DNA of 64,000 nt from an uncultured Rhodopirellula sp. (lineage in GTDB: Bacteria > Planctomycetota > Planctomycetia > Pirellulales > Pirellulaceae), in NCBI GenBank assembly GCA_964007735.1, contig CAXGAI010000018.1, positions 1 to 64,000 of the forward strand, in the 5' to 3' direction. The position numbers and the translations under genes are program-made. This document shows, piece by piece, positions 30,001 to 38,117 of this stretch. The notes beneath the pieces are model-generated. The model did no database searches. It was not told the DNA's origin and was given only the letters and a program-made list of their open reading frames with translations. How positions within the stretch are numbered: the stretch's first letter is position 1; every line of letters starts with the position of its first letter.

Positions 30001-30501
30001 CGCCGGATTCGCTCAGTGGGTATGCTTGAAGAGGTTATTAGACGCCATGAAATGGCGCCTTTAGATGCTGAGGCAGCGAGGGTTGCCATTATCCGCGCTA
30101 GAGCACTCGAGGCTGCTGTTGAACAATATTGGTCAGGACGGCCAGCTCCGCTGGAGCTGACGGATCTGGAACAAAGCGAGGCGTTCCCAGAACGTTGGCT
30201 AGACCAAATTTGGAGTCTGGCAGGAACGGTAGGTTATGACGGTGCTGGACTCATTGAGGCGCTTCGTCGTGGCGAAGTCAAAAGGTGGCGGCAGGATTAC
30301 AGTGACTCGCTTGAATCAAGTTTGCGAACTACCGGGAGAATCGTCGACCGCGAAAATGCGACGGCCGATGAAATCGAATCAGTCGCAAGTGCCGTCTTTG
30401 TTCGGGAAAAGCTGGAACTGGAACATGAAATGCCTTGGTTGTTAACTCGCCTCTTTCAGATTTTAGGTGACTATCGGAGCACCGGAGTGACGGATGGATA
30501 A
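27022..30501 (+). CDS. Rad50/SbcC-like (YhaN-type) SMC ATPase with internal TM hairpin and C-terminal extension
   Basis: Walker A GRNGVGKS, long coiled coils, signature LSVGER, Walker B/D-loop IVVDEALGTADD, FYFTAQ. Overlaps the nuclease gene by 8 nt. Confidence 0.88.
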   Translation: MFDQKVHLKSLRVVQARGITRDNQFQLSDLKNVNVIYGRNGVGKSTVGLAIYKLLRPSDKLLGKSAEVGGVVCIGGTTLDLQVSVSQGYASVGGVQQDYPDFKSAGELSRYRLALEELISEDDVEFAKIIADETRGGFDLRAVAKRVDAREKPPRPAKLEAEWKNLHRLEEERREHQVDIARKEKRLATLREDRAGLRETLDLQDALKAARSAQKYKVRLNELHRELGEFPETIGRLSGGEAENLSELQMQVAKTQSEVERCKDTEEAMREEFEALKYLESVTRLDLSRLEELQTQFTETQRQLETVRSQRASLEAEMCALASAFTGGDSPEEFSDQLGDIDLSELDTVYPNYVRKQQQVWAAEGTLNHLQTEVPKDIGAEELKLRYHRLQDWCGAVDEVQHKPVANKLTIASSIVMFVWALVLGSTVSPYWFGALLAPLIFYILYRRVMRGSEHRYPTRQQLEAAEALRYPELTEWSSENVQTLMASLSDQIQETVLNQRKYQRYKRAQENLQADQRQFEDAKNTLADAAARFGIDLTGLDSEQKLLRLMNSLVHWKAASAKLSGVKATLIELEGFIESTKDLIFRELEAFQVDVGDSTTSYRAEVSEAAVRLADFHDAQHRLVSAGRATDLAKSGVKQAQAQVEVLLKKLGSASLTVSALEELEEQRADYELLRQQRSEADTLLREAQMTIDSCPQVKLLNATQIDEHLDECDTAQERLQLITEQIQEVHTEIGVIQQGTALADAMADKDEKGFELREHFHDALDGLAAYCLVDYLVKETEGENASLVFEKAAANLHRITGGKMTLDVVVNEEGEEFVISDAIGVRRGLEALSVGERVQVLLAVRLAFLSTGETSALPIVVDEALGTADDDRAHEMIESFVKLALDGRQVFYFTAQTDEVEKWQAVLSRHEGLDGKFIDLDEMRSRTPNDNLDHTLAFVERNTVPEPSGMSHAEYGKMLGISLPGAREFSFSSLTLWAVLDDVDDLYGCWLRRIRSVGMLEEVIRRHEMAPLDAEAARVAIIRARALEAAVEQYWSGRPAPLELTDLEQSEAFPERWLDQIWSLAGTVGYDGAGLIEALRRGEVKRWRQDYSDSLESSLRTTGRIVDRENATADEIESVASAVFVREKLELEHEMPWLLTRLFQILGDYRSTGVTDG

Positions 30502-32587
30502 ACAATCTGCGCTTCAGTGTTTGCGTGATGCTATCGCAAATCCCGAGGCCGAGTTTAGGCAAGGCCAGTGGGAGGCAATAGATCATGTGGTAAACTCTCG
30601 AGGTAAATTGTTGGTAGTGCAGCGTACGGGGTGGGGGAAGAGCGCGGTATACTTCGTCGCGACCCGACTATTACGAGAACAAGGGATGGGGCCAACGATC
30701 GTTGTCTCTCCATTACTGGCGCTAATGCGTAATCAGATTGAAGCTGCAAAAGGTCTAAAGCTAAATGCTGTAACCATCAATAGCACGAATGAGGATCAGT
30801 GGGAGGATATTATTCGTGGAATTTTAAATGATGATTATGATGTGATTTTCATTTCGCCCGAACGCCTTTCCAATGAATTCTTTGCCGAGCAGGTTTTAGC
30901 CCCTATAGCCAGTAGACTGGGAATGTTGGTCATCGATGAGGCCCATTGCATTTCTGATTGGGGACACGACTTTCGACCGGATTATCGACGCCTGGTAAAC
31001 GTATTGCGATATGTTCCTCCGCAAACACCCATCCTAGGGACTACCGCTACGGCGAACGATCGTGTCGTAACTGATGTGCGAAGTCAATTGGGAGATATTG
31101 AGATTCAGCGTGGGCCACTGATTCGCGAAAGTCTGTCATTGGAGAATATTAAGCTTGAGGACCAGGCTTCCCGGATGGCCTGGCTTGTCAGTTTTATAAA
31201 GGGGCAACAGGGGACAGGGATAATTTATGTTCTGACAAAGAGGACCGCAGAAACAGTCGCTGATTGGTTAAAGCAAAATGGCATTGTTGCTGAGCCGTAT
31301 TACAGCGGTGTGAAACTGCCGACGCATCCAGAAACTCATTCGTGCAGAGAGTTTCTCGAGAAGAAGTTGCTTACGAATGAAGTCGATGTACTTGTTGCAA
31401 CCGTTGCTTTGGGGATGGGCTACGATAAGCCAGATCTATCATTTGTTGTACATTTCCAATGTCCCGGTTCAATTGTGGGGTATTATCAGCAGGTTGGTCG
31501 AGCTGGCCGTGGAATAGACAAGGCCATTGGCATTCTAATGAGTGGCAGTGAAGATGGAGATATTCATGACTTCTTTCGACGCACAGCATTTCCTGATGAA
31601 CAAACGGTCAACCGACTGTTAAATCAACTTTCTCGAGGAGAGGGATACTCAACGCGTCAGCTCGAGGGCTACTTCAATATGAGCCAGTCTAAGCTTCAGG
31701 GGATTTTAAAATTCCTTAGTGTGGAAAATCCATCGCCGGTTACCAAACAGGGCACCAAGTGGAAGCGAACGCCGGTTGTCTATGAACTAGATACGGATCG
31801 TATTGAACGGTTAACTAACCAGAGGCAGTTGGAATGGCAGGAAATCCAAAACTATATTTCCACGTCAGATTGTCTGATGACTTATCTGCGGGATTCTTTG
31901 GATGACTCTGAGACGAAGGACTGTGGTAAATGTGCAAACTGCCTTGGTGAGCCAGTGGCCGAAATAGCATTGCATGACTCGTTGGTGATGTCTGCTCAGC
32001 GATATCTAAGGCACTCCGAAATGGAGTTGGTGCTGGCCAAGCAAACTCCTAAAGGAGCGTTTGTTGAATATGAGATTCCATACAATATCCCGCAGCGCGA
32101 ACGAGCAAAGAAAGGGCGTATTCTTAGCCGTTGGGGAGACGCGGGCTGGGGAGAGTTGGTTAAGAAGGGGGTTTACGGTGGAGACTTTGACGATGCTTTG
32201 GTAGAGGCGGCGGCAGAGTTATATGAGAAACGCTGGGAAAAAGAAGTCACACCCCGATGGGTAACCTGTGTGCCTAGTGACCGATCCGCCGACCTGGTTC
32301 CCGACTTTGCGTCTAAACTTGCGGAGCGTTTGGGCCTGCCTTTCGCAGATGTAATTCATAAAGTAAAGGACCATGCTCCACAACGTGATCAGGTAAATAG
32401 ATTTTATCGCTGTCAAAACCTTGACGGTGTATTCGAAGTCGAAGACGAAATGCCGGGTGGCCCCGTACTGCTTGTTGATGATCTTGTGAATTCAGGTTGG
32501 ACGCTGACAGTCGCTTCTGTGTTATTACGAAGAAAAGGCAGTGGCGAAGTATTGCCTTTTGCTTTGGCGTCGGTGGAGTTAGGTTGA
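30494..32587 (+). CDS. RecQ-family helicase fused to a C-terminal phosphoribosyltransferase (ComF-like) domain
   Basis: TGWGKS, DEAHCISDWGHDFRPDY, TATA, QQVGRAGR, Zn-binding CGKCANC. The C-terminus carries the PRPP-binding loop VLLVDDLVNSGWT rather than an HRDC domain. Confidence 0.92.
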   Translation: MDKQSALQCLRDAIANPEAEFRQGQWEAIDHVVNSRGKLLVVQRTGWGKSAVYFVATRLLREQGMGPTIVVSPLLALMRNQIEAAKGLKLNAVTINSTNEDQWEDIIRGILNDDYDVIFISPERLSNEFFAEQVLAPIASRLGMLVIDEAHCISDWGHDFRPDYRRLVNVLRYVPPQTPILGTTATANDRVVTDVRSQLGDIEIQRGPLIRESLSLENIKLEDQASRMAWLVSFIKGQQGTGIIYVLTKRTAETVADWLKQNGIVAEPYYSGVKLPTHPETHSCREFLEKKLLTNEVDVLVATVALGMGYDKPDLSFVVHFQCPGSIVGYYQQVGRAGRGIDKAIGILMSGSEDGDIHDFFRRTAFPDEQTVNRLLNQLSRGEGYSTRQLEGYFNMSQSKLQGILKFLSVENPSPVTKQGTKWKRTPVVYELDTDRIERLTNQRQLEWQEIQNYISTSDCLMTYLRDSLDDSETKDCGKCANCLGEPVAEIALHDSLVMSAQRYLRHSEMELVLAKQTPKGAFVEYEIPYNIPQRERAKKGRILSRWGDAGWGELVKKGVYGGDFDDALVEAAAELYEKRWEKEVTPRWVTCVPSDRSADLVPDFASKLAERLGLPFADVIHKVKDHAPQRDQVNRFYRCQNLDGVFEVEDEMPGGPVLLVDDLVNSGWTLTVASVLLRRKGSGEVLPFALASVELG

Positions 32588-32589
32588 AT

Positions 32590-33381
32590 ATGTCGATAAC
32601 CATCAATGCTCAGGTCTGCCTTTTATTGACCGTGAGATTTTCACAACGAGATGAAACCGAGGTTTTATCGACGACTCAGTGGGAGGAATTGTGCCTGGCT
32701 TTGGGGGGTGTTTCTGAGATTGGGATCTTGTTAGATGGTAGCACTGTCGAAATATTACAGGACTACAACGTAAACAAAGATCTGCAGGAAAGAGTGGTAC
32801 CCCTTTTGTCACGAGGGGTGGGGCTTGCCCTAGCCTCCGAGAAATGGCTAAGAGCAGGTGTCTGGGTGATAGGAGCTGGCGATCCTGAGTACCCGCGAGG
32901 ATTAAGCCGGTTAGAGGTTGGAAAACGTCCGCCGTTGTTATTTGGTTACGGTAGTTTGGAAATGTTGGAGCAACCGGCTGTTGGCGTTGACGAACGATTA
33001 TCACAGGCGGACTTTGCGAAAGTCTCAAGTGCCGTAGGCGAACTTCGTGCGTGTACCGTGGGGCTGTTGGACAGGAGCCATAGCCGAGCGGTGATCAGGG
33101 AGTCTTTGTCCCACGGAGGCCAGGCTCTGGCAGTAACCTATAAGGATTTGGTTAGCTATGGAAGTACGCCGGAATTGCGGGAGGCCATCATGAACGGAGG
33201 TTTGACGATCGTCTCCTCAAAGCCCCCGGGCCGACACGGCCACGATGGCCCCGTTTATGAGGAAGAAATGGTGGCGGGATTATCTGACTTAGCTTTAACT
33301 CAGAAAGTGTTGGACCACTTTAAAGTGGGAGAGGCGGAGGGTAATGACCCTCCGGCTCAGCAATTAGACTTCGAGTTTTAA
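32590..33381 (+). CDS. DprA/Smf-like protein, divergent and C-terminally shortened
   Basis: ATG 2 nt after the RecQ stop. GVWVIGAGDPEYPRGL...PPLLFGYGSLEML..PAVGV matches the DprA N-terminal signature, and LTIVS..PP and GLSD match later DprA blocks. Confidence 0.72.
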   Translation: MSITINAQVCLLLTVRFSQRDETEVLSTTQWEELCLALGGVSEIGILLDGSTVEILQDYNVNKDLQERVVPLLSRGVGLALASEKWLRAGVWVIGAGDPEYPRGLSRLEVGKRPPLLFGYGSLEMLEQPAVGVDERLSQADFAKVSSAVGELRACTVGLLDRSHSRAVIRESLSHGGQALAVTYKDLVSYGSTPELREAIMNGGLTIVSSKPPGRHGHDGPVYEEEMVAGLSDLALTQKVLDHFKVGEAEGNDPPAQQLDFEF

Positions 33382-33390
33382 CGATGAGGT

Positions 33391-34176
33391 TTAGTCCTCC
33401 AGCACTAAAATCTCTACTTTGCGGAATTCGATGGGGTGGCTTTCCGATTGGAGCGAGATGTAACCACCTTCCAGAATTAAGGAATCATCTTTTCGTTGTT
33501 CGATGACTCGCTTGGCATCAGCGTCCTTCGGGTCAAGTTGCGGTTCGTCATATTCCAAAACAACTTCTCCGTCCAGTATATGTTTGATGGCTTTGCCACC
33601 ACGAACTTCGATTTCTGCAGTGACCCAACCATCGCCGCGGTACGTTTTAGAACTGGATTGAATACAGTGGCGTGTTTCCAATTTGCCCTGCATGACTACA
33701 TTTGTTCCGGGAGTGCAAAGATTGGACGTTGTACGTTTGCCTTCGGTGGAACCCCCTAATAATTGTACTTCGATCGAGACGGGGAAAGATTGATTCTTGG
33801 TCATCGTTTTGGGATCCTGACAGTGCACCATCACCCCACTGTTACGAAAAGCCCAGCCAGGCCCACCCTGAGATTGGTCACCAAAGAACCGGTACTCAAC
33901 TCGGAATCGGTAATTGGAATAGGGTGTCTTGTAAAAGATATGACCAAAACGCTCTTGGAAAGGTCCGTATGCTTCGTACCCAACCTGCATGACGCCATCT
34001 TTTACCCGGAACGTATTCCCGAAGTTTTCGCCAAAATCGTAACCACGTATTTTAGGCGTCCACCCATTCAGGTTTTTACCGTTGAATAGTTGCTGCCACT
34101 TCTCGGCGCCTTGCGCTGTAGCTGTAAGAACGGTTATCGCGATAAGCAGAACAATGCCTTGGGTTACGTACTTCAT
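33391..34176 (-). CDS. DUF1080 (3-keto-disaccharide hydrolase-like) protein
   Basis: LFNGKNLNGW, NSGV, EVQL, GYISLQSESHPIEFRKV; signal peptide. Confidence 0.92.
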   Translation of the reverse strand: MKYVTQGIVLLIAITVLTATAQGAEKWQQLFNGKNLNGWTPKIRGYDFGENFGNTFRVKDGVMQVGYEAYGPFQERFGHIFYKTPYSNYRFRVEYRFFGDQSQGGPGWAFRNSGVMVHCQDPKTMTKNQSFPVSIEVQLLGGSTEGKRTTSNLCTPGTNVVMQGKLETRHCIQSSSKTYRGDGWVTAEIEVRGGKAIKHILDGEVVLEYDEPQLDPKDADAKRVIEQRKDDSLILEGGYISLQSESHPIEFRKVEILVLED

Positions 34177-34258
34177 GGATCTCTTTTTATTAATAAGGAA
34201 AAGCTTTTGTCTTGAAAATCTATTATGCCCGAATTCGATGAGAGATTAAACTAGGGAG

Positions 34259-35719
34259 TCAGCTCAGGATGTCTTTAATTACGTGGCCGGATACGTTTGT
34301 AAGACGGCGTTTGATACCGTTGTGATAGTAGGTTAGTCGTCTGTGATCGATTCCGAGGGCATAGAGGATAGTTGCGTGGAAATCGTTCCAGTGGACTCGG
34401 TTCTCAACAGCAGAATATCCGACTCGATCCGTATTGCCATAGTTCATACCGCCCTTAAAAGCTCCACCGGCGACCCAGACAGAAAAGCCATTTTGATTGT
34501 GGTCGCGGCCCGGACCGACGGTGTCTGCCGCGGATTCAGCGAAAGGTGTTCGTCCGAATTCACTAGTGAACAGGATCACCGTATCTTCAAGCATCCCCCT
34601 TTGTCTAAGGTCCTTGATAAATCCAGTGATGGGTTGGTCGATGCGAGCCGCTTCGCGGAGATGATTCTTTTTGCAATCTTCATGGCCATCCCAATTAACT
34701 CGAGGGCTTTGAAAGGCCCCACCGGAGAAGAGTTGGACGAACCTGACTCCGTGTTCAAGTAATCTGCGGGTGAGTAGACAGGAACGAGCGAAATCATTTG
34801 CTTCACCATTGCCTACGCCATACAGTTCGTGGATGGTTTGGCTTTCCTTTCCTAAATCAGTGATTTCGGGCACGACTCGTTGCATTCGGGCAGCCAGTTC
34901 GTAGCTTTTGACACGCGCTGTGAGATCATTGTCGGCACCCTGCCGTGAATTTAGGTTTTCATTGAGTCGATTGAGCAATTTGCGAGTTGCCTCTTCCTGT
35001 GTTCTCGAGATGCCCTGAGGGATAGCGAGGTCGTCAATCGCAACACCTGAGCTACGCATAACCACTCCCTGGTGTTGAGCGGGCAGAAAACCATTGGTCC
35101 AGTTGATCGATCCACCCGCTGGTAGACTCCTAGCGTCCGGGAAAACGACGTAGCTAGGCAGGTCTCGTGTCTCACTCCCTAATCCGTAGGAGGCCCAGGA
35201 TCCCATAACCGGAAATCCGTTTAGTCTGAAACCAGTGTTTTCCTGAAAAGTCGCAGGAGTGTGGTTGGAAGTCTCCGCGAACATCGAATTGATGATGGTA
35301 AGTTCATCGGCGACGGTCGCGAGATGAGGGAATAGTTTAGAGATCCAGAGCCCGCTTTCTCCATGTTGTGAGAAATCAAAATCTGATTGTCTGATACGGC
35401 CCACCTTACCAAAGAAGACGTCAGGGGATTCCTCGCGTCCCAGGCTCTCGTTGAGTGTCTTCCCATGGAGTTTTGCTAATTCGGGCTTGTAGTCAAAACT
35501 ATCTACTTGACTGAAGCCACCGGTAAGTACTATTTGCACAACCCGTCTTGCTTTTGCTGGATGATGAGTGCTGGCGAGTGCCCCTGTTCGGGAATTTGAA
35601 TCGTTAGCGAGAAGGCCATCGCCCAGCATCATGGCTGTAGCCGCGGTGGTGCCTAGGCCGTATTGAATTGACTTTAAGAAGTTGCGGCGATTGCGAAACG
35701 CTGACTGGGTAAATGACAT
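34259..35719 (-). CDS. DUF1501 family protein
   Basis: NRRNFLK, GGFSQVDSFDYKP, WDGH, SEFGRTP, GRDH. Confidence 0.95.
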   Translation of the reverse strand: MSFTQSAFRNRRNFLKSIQYGLGTTAATAMMLGDGLLANDSNSRTGALASTHHPAKARRVVQIVLTGGFSQVDSFDYKPELAKLHGKTLNESLGREESPDVFFGKVGRIRQSDFDFSQHGESGLWISKLFPHLATVADELTIINSMFAETSNHTPATFQENTGFRLNGFPVMGSWASYGLGSETRDLPSYVVFPDARSLPAGGSINWTNGFLPAQHQGVVMRSSGVAIDDLAIPQGISRTQEEATRKLLNRLNENLNSRQGADNDLTARVKSYELAARMQRVVPEITDLGKESQTIHELYGVGNGEANDFARSCLLTRRLLEHGVRFVQLFSGGAFQSPRVNWDGHEDCKKNHLREAARIDQPITGFIKDLRQRGMLEDTVILFTSEFGRTPFAESAADTVGPGRDHNQNGFSVWVAGGAFKGGMNYGNTDRVGYSAVENRVHWNDFHATILYALGIDHRRLTYYHNGIKRRLTNVSGHVIKDILS

Positions 35720-35737
35720 TTAAAAGCTACGCTGTAA

Positions 35738-38095
35738 TTAACGGATATAAATGAATTCGTTGGTGTTAATGATTGCACGGCAAACACCTATTAGCCCTGC
35801 TTCCTGGTAGACTTCTATCGCGAGGGCCAATTCGTCCTCAGTGATTTCGCGACAGAACGCTTCCTGAAAAAGGTGCATGAGTTGGTCATGCGGCTGGTCG
35901 GGGTAAGTTGCTATAAGTTTGTTAGCATAACGCTCAGCTGCCCGCACGGAAAAAGAGTGATTCATTAGGGAAAGTGATTGGAGGGGAGTTGTCGTGGTAG
36001 CTCGGCGGGGGGCTTTCGCGCTGGGATCCGGGCAATCGAATACGTCAAGAAAGCGATTTCGACCTGAGCGTATTAACGTACGGTAGATGGTGCGCCGATT
36101 AAAAGTCTCACCGATCGGATCAAAGACATTATAAAACTGCGAATTAGCAACAAAAGTAGTGAAGTCATAATAGCCCGGACCATGCATGTCGGTGTTGAGT
36201 TGTCCCGACAACAACAATACGGTGTCTCGAAGAGTCTCGGCTGTCATCCGTTTGGGTCCATAGCGCCACAGTAATCGATTGTTCGCATCCAAAGCCTCAG
36301 CTTCGGGGTTGGCACGTGAACTCTGCTGGTAAGTTTCGGAAGTCACGATGAGTCGTTGGATGTACTTGAGGCTGAAGTTGTTTTTAACAAGTTCGCTGGC
36401 AAGCCACTCTAAAAGTTCCGGGTGCGACGGTTGTCCCCCATTAAAGCCGAAGTCATTTGGCGTATCGACGATGCCCATACCAAAATGGTAATGCCACAAT
36501 CGGTTAACAATCGTTCTGGCGAACAAGGCGTTGTTTTTGGTGACCCAATTTGCCAGGGCAATACGGCGATCCTGGTCGCTTGCGTTGTTCGGTAGGTTGA
36601 AGTCTGCCGCGGTGGCCACAACTGATGCGATCCCTCCAGCATTGACTTGTTCGCCTCGCTGTTCAGGGTTACCTCGAATAAAGAGGAACGTTTCGTCGGG
36701 AGCCTTGGGTGCGATCGCGTACACGGAATAATCACCCCAACGTCCGGCTTGATCTTTTAGATGGCGGGCCTCAAACATCCAGTGTTCTCTCACAACGCTC
36801 GGCAAAGCCGCGGTGACATCCTTTTCCTCGTGGGGCCGGCCCTCGGCCTTGAGTCGAGATCTGACGTCCTGACGTACGTTGTTAATTTTGGACTGAAGTA
36901 TTCGGTGGCGATGCAATAATACTTCCTTCTGGCGTTCGTTGGCCGATTGTTCTCCGGCTGACAGTTGGTCAATGAAGGACATTCGGCCGTGATAGACCGA
37001 GGCCAGAGAGGCAGTGACCTGATAGTACTCTTTTTGGGTGATAGGATCGAATTTGTGGTCGTGGCAACGGGCGCAGTTTACCGTAAGGCCTAAAAAAGAC
37101 TGGCTAATAGCGGCGGTTAAATCTTCTAATTGATCTGCTCGCACGACCCGCTTGAACACAGGGCTTCGCTGGCTAAAGCCGACTTCGTCCCATGTCCCTG
37201 CGCCTAGGAAGCCAGTGGCGATTCTTCCTTGTGACGTGTGACCTTCGATTAAGTCGCCAGCCAACTGAAGTCGGGCGAATTTGTCGTAGGGCATGTCCTG
37301 GTTGAGTGCGTCGATGACCCAGTCCCGGTATCTCCATGAATGCGGACGTAATTTATCCCGTTCGAACCCCTGGCTTTCACCAAACCTGACAACGTCGAGC
37401 CAATGTCTTGCCCAGCGTTCACCGTACCGGGGACTGGCAAGTAAGCGGTCAATAAGTTGCTCGTAGGCATCGGGGGCATCGTTTCTAATAAAGTCGTTAA
37501 CTTGTTCGGTTGTTGGCGGGAGCCCGGTGAGATCCAGATAGGCGCGCCTTGCTAGCAGGCTCCTGTTAGCTCGCGGTGACTGAGGTAAGTTCGCTAGTTG
37601 CAAATTTCGGAGGATGAATTGATCCACTGGGTTCGAAACACGTCCGGTCTGCGACATACTGCTTCCCGGCGGACGTGGCATAGTCAAGGGTTGGAGTGAC
37701 CACCAATCATAGCCCGCGCGGTCGGGACTGCTATATTCGAAGATATTGATAGGGTCGGTACCCCAGGTGGCGCCGGATTCGACCCATTGTTTTAAAATAG
37801 CCTTTTCGTTCTCGGCCAAGGGTTGCTCAGGTGGCATCTCGTCTGCTTGTACGCGTTGCAGGATCACGCTCTCAGCGGGGATCGTTTCGTTGAAGGCCAG
37901 TCCAAGTTCTCCACCCCTGAGGAACCCAGCTTTGGATTGGAGATCCAATTTGCCTTTGAAATCGTTGGCGTTGTGACATTCAATGCAGTGCTTCACCAGG
38001 ATAGGTGCGACTTTTTTATCAAAGACGTTATCGGTGGCAGTGGCGGTGCAGGCCGCTCCGATAAGGACGAATGTTAAAACGGCTAATGTCCGCAT
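35738..38095 (-). CDS. Planctomycete cytochrome c + DUF1549 + DUF1553 protein
   Basis: HCIECH, YGERWARHWLDVVRF, CARCHDHKFDP, PSHPELLEWLA. Confidence 0.94.
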   Translation of the reverse strand: MRTLAVLTFVLIGAACTATATDNVFDKKVAPILVKHCIECHNANDFKGKLDLQSKAGFLRGGELGLAFNETIPAESVILQRVQADEMPPEQPLAENEKAILKQWVESGATWGTDPINIFEYSSPDRAGYDWWSLQPLTMPRPPGSSMSQTGRVSNPVDQFILRNLQLANLPQSPRANRSLLARRAYLDLTGLPPTTEQVNDFIRNDAPDAYEQLIDRLLASPRYGERWARHWLDVVRFGESQGFERDKLRPHSWRYRDWVIDALNQDMPYDKFARLQLAGDLIEGHTSQGRIATGFLGAGTWDEVGFSQRSPVFKRVVRADQLEDLTAAISQSFLGLTVNCARCHDHKFDPITQKEYYQVTASLASVYHGRMSFIDQLSAGEQSANERQKEVLLHRHRILQSKINNVRQDVRSRLKAEGRPHEEKDVTAALPSVVREHWMFEARHLKDQAGRWGDYSVYAIAPKAPDETFLFIRGNPEQRGEQVNAGGIASVVATAADFNLPNNASDQDRRIALANWVTKNNALFARTIVNRLWHYHFGMGIVDTPNDFGFNGGQPSHPELLEWLASELVKNNFSLKYIQRLIVTSETYQQSSRANPEAEALDANNRLLWRYGPKRMTAETLRDTVLLLSGQLNTDMHGPGYYDFTTFVANSQFYNVFDPIGETFNRRTIYRTLIRSGRNRFLDVFDCPDPSAKAPRRATTTTPLQSLSLMNHSFSVRAAERYANKLIATYPDQPHDQLMHLFQEAFCREITEDELALAIEVYQEAGLIGVCRAIINTNEFIYIR

Positions 38096-38117
38096 TCGTA
38101 ATACCTGTAGGTGAGGA

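Noticed and set aside
32497..32589. Longer N-terminus for the DprA-like ORF
   Set aside because: The TTG start overlaps recQ by about 90 nt. The ATG at 32590 fits operon coupling better.
30494..33381. Naming the RecQ-PRTase/DprA pair as ShosTA or as competence genes comF/dprA
   Set aside because: The architecture differs (RecQ fusion, degenerate DprA) and no DNA-uptake genes are in the window. It is kept only as an analogy.
25530..33391. Calling the DNA-processing operon a mobile element or genomic island
   Set aside because: No flanking direct repeats, tRNA target or mobility gene was found, and composition is not obviously different by eye.
23122..34176. Gfo/Idh/MocA and DUF1080 as a 3-keto-glycoside pathway split by insertion of the DNA operon
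   Set aside because: The genes are convergent, each has its own expression signals, and both families are abundant in planctomycetes, so former adjacency is unsupported.
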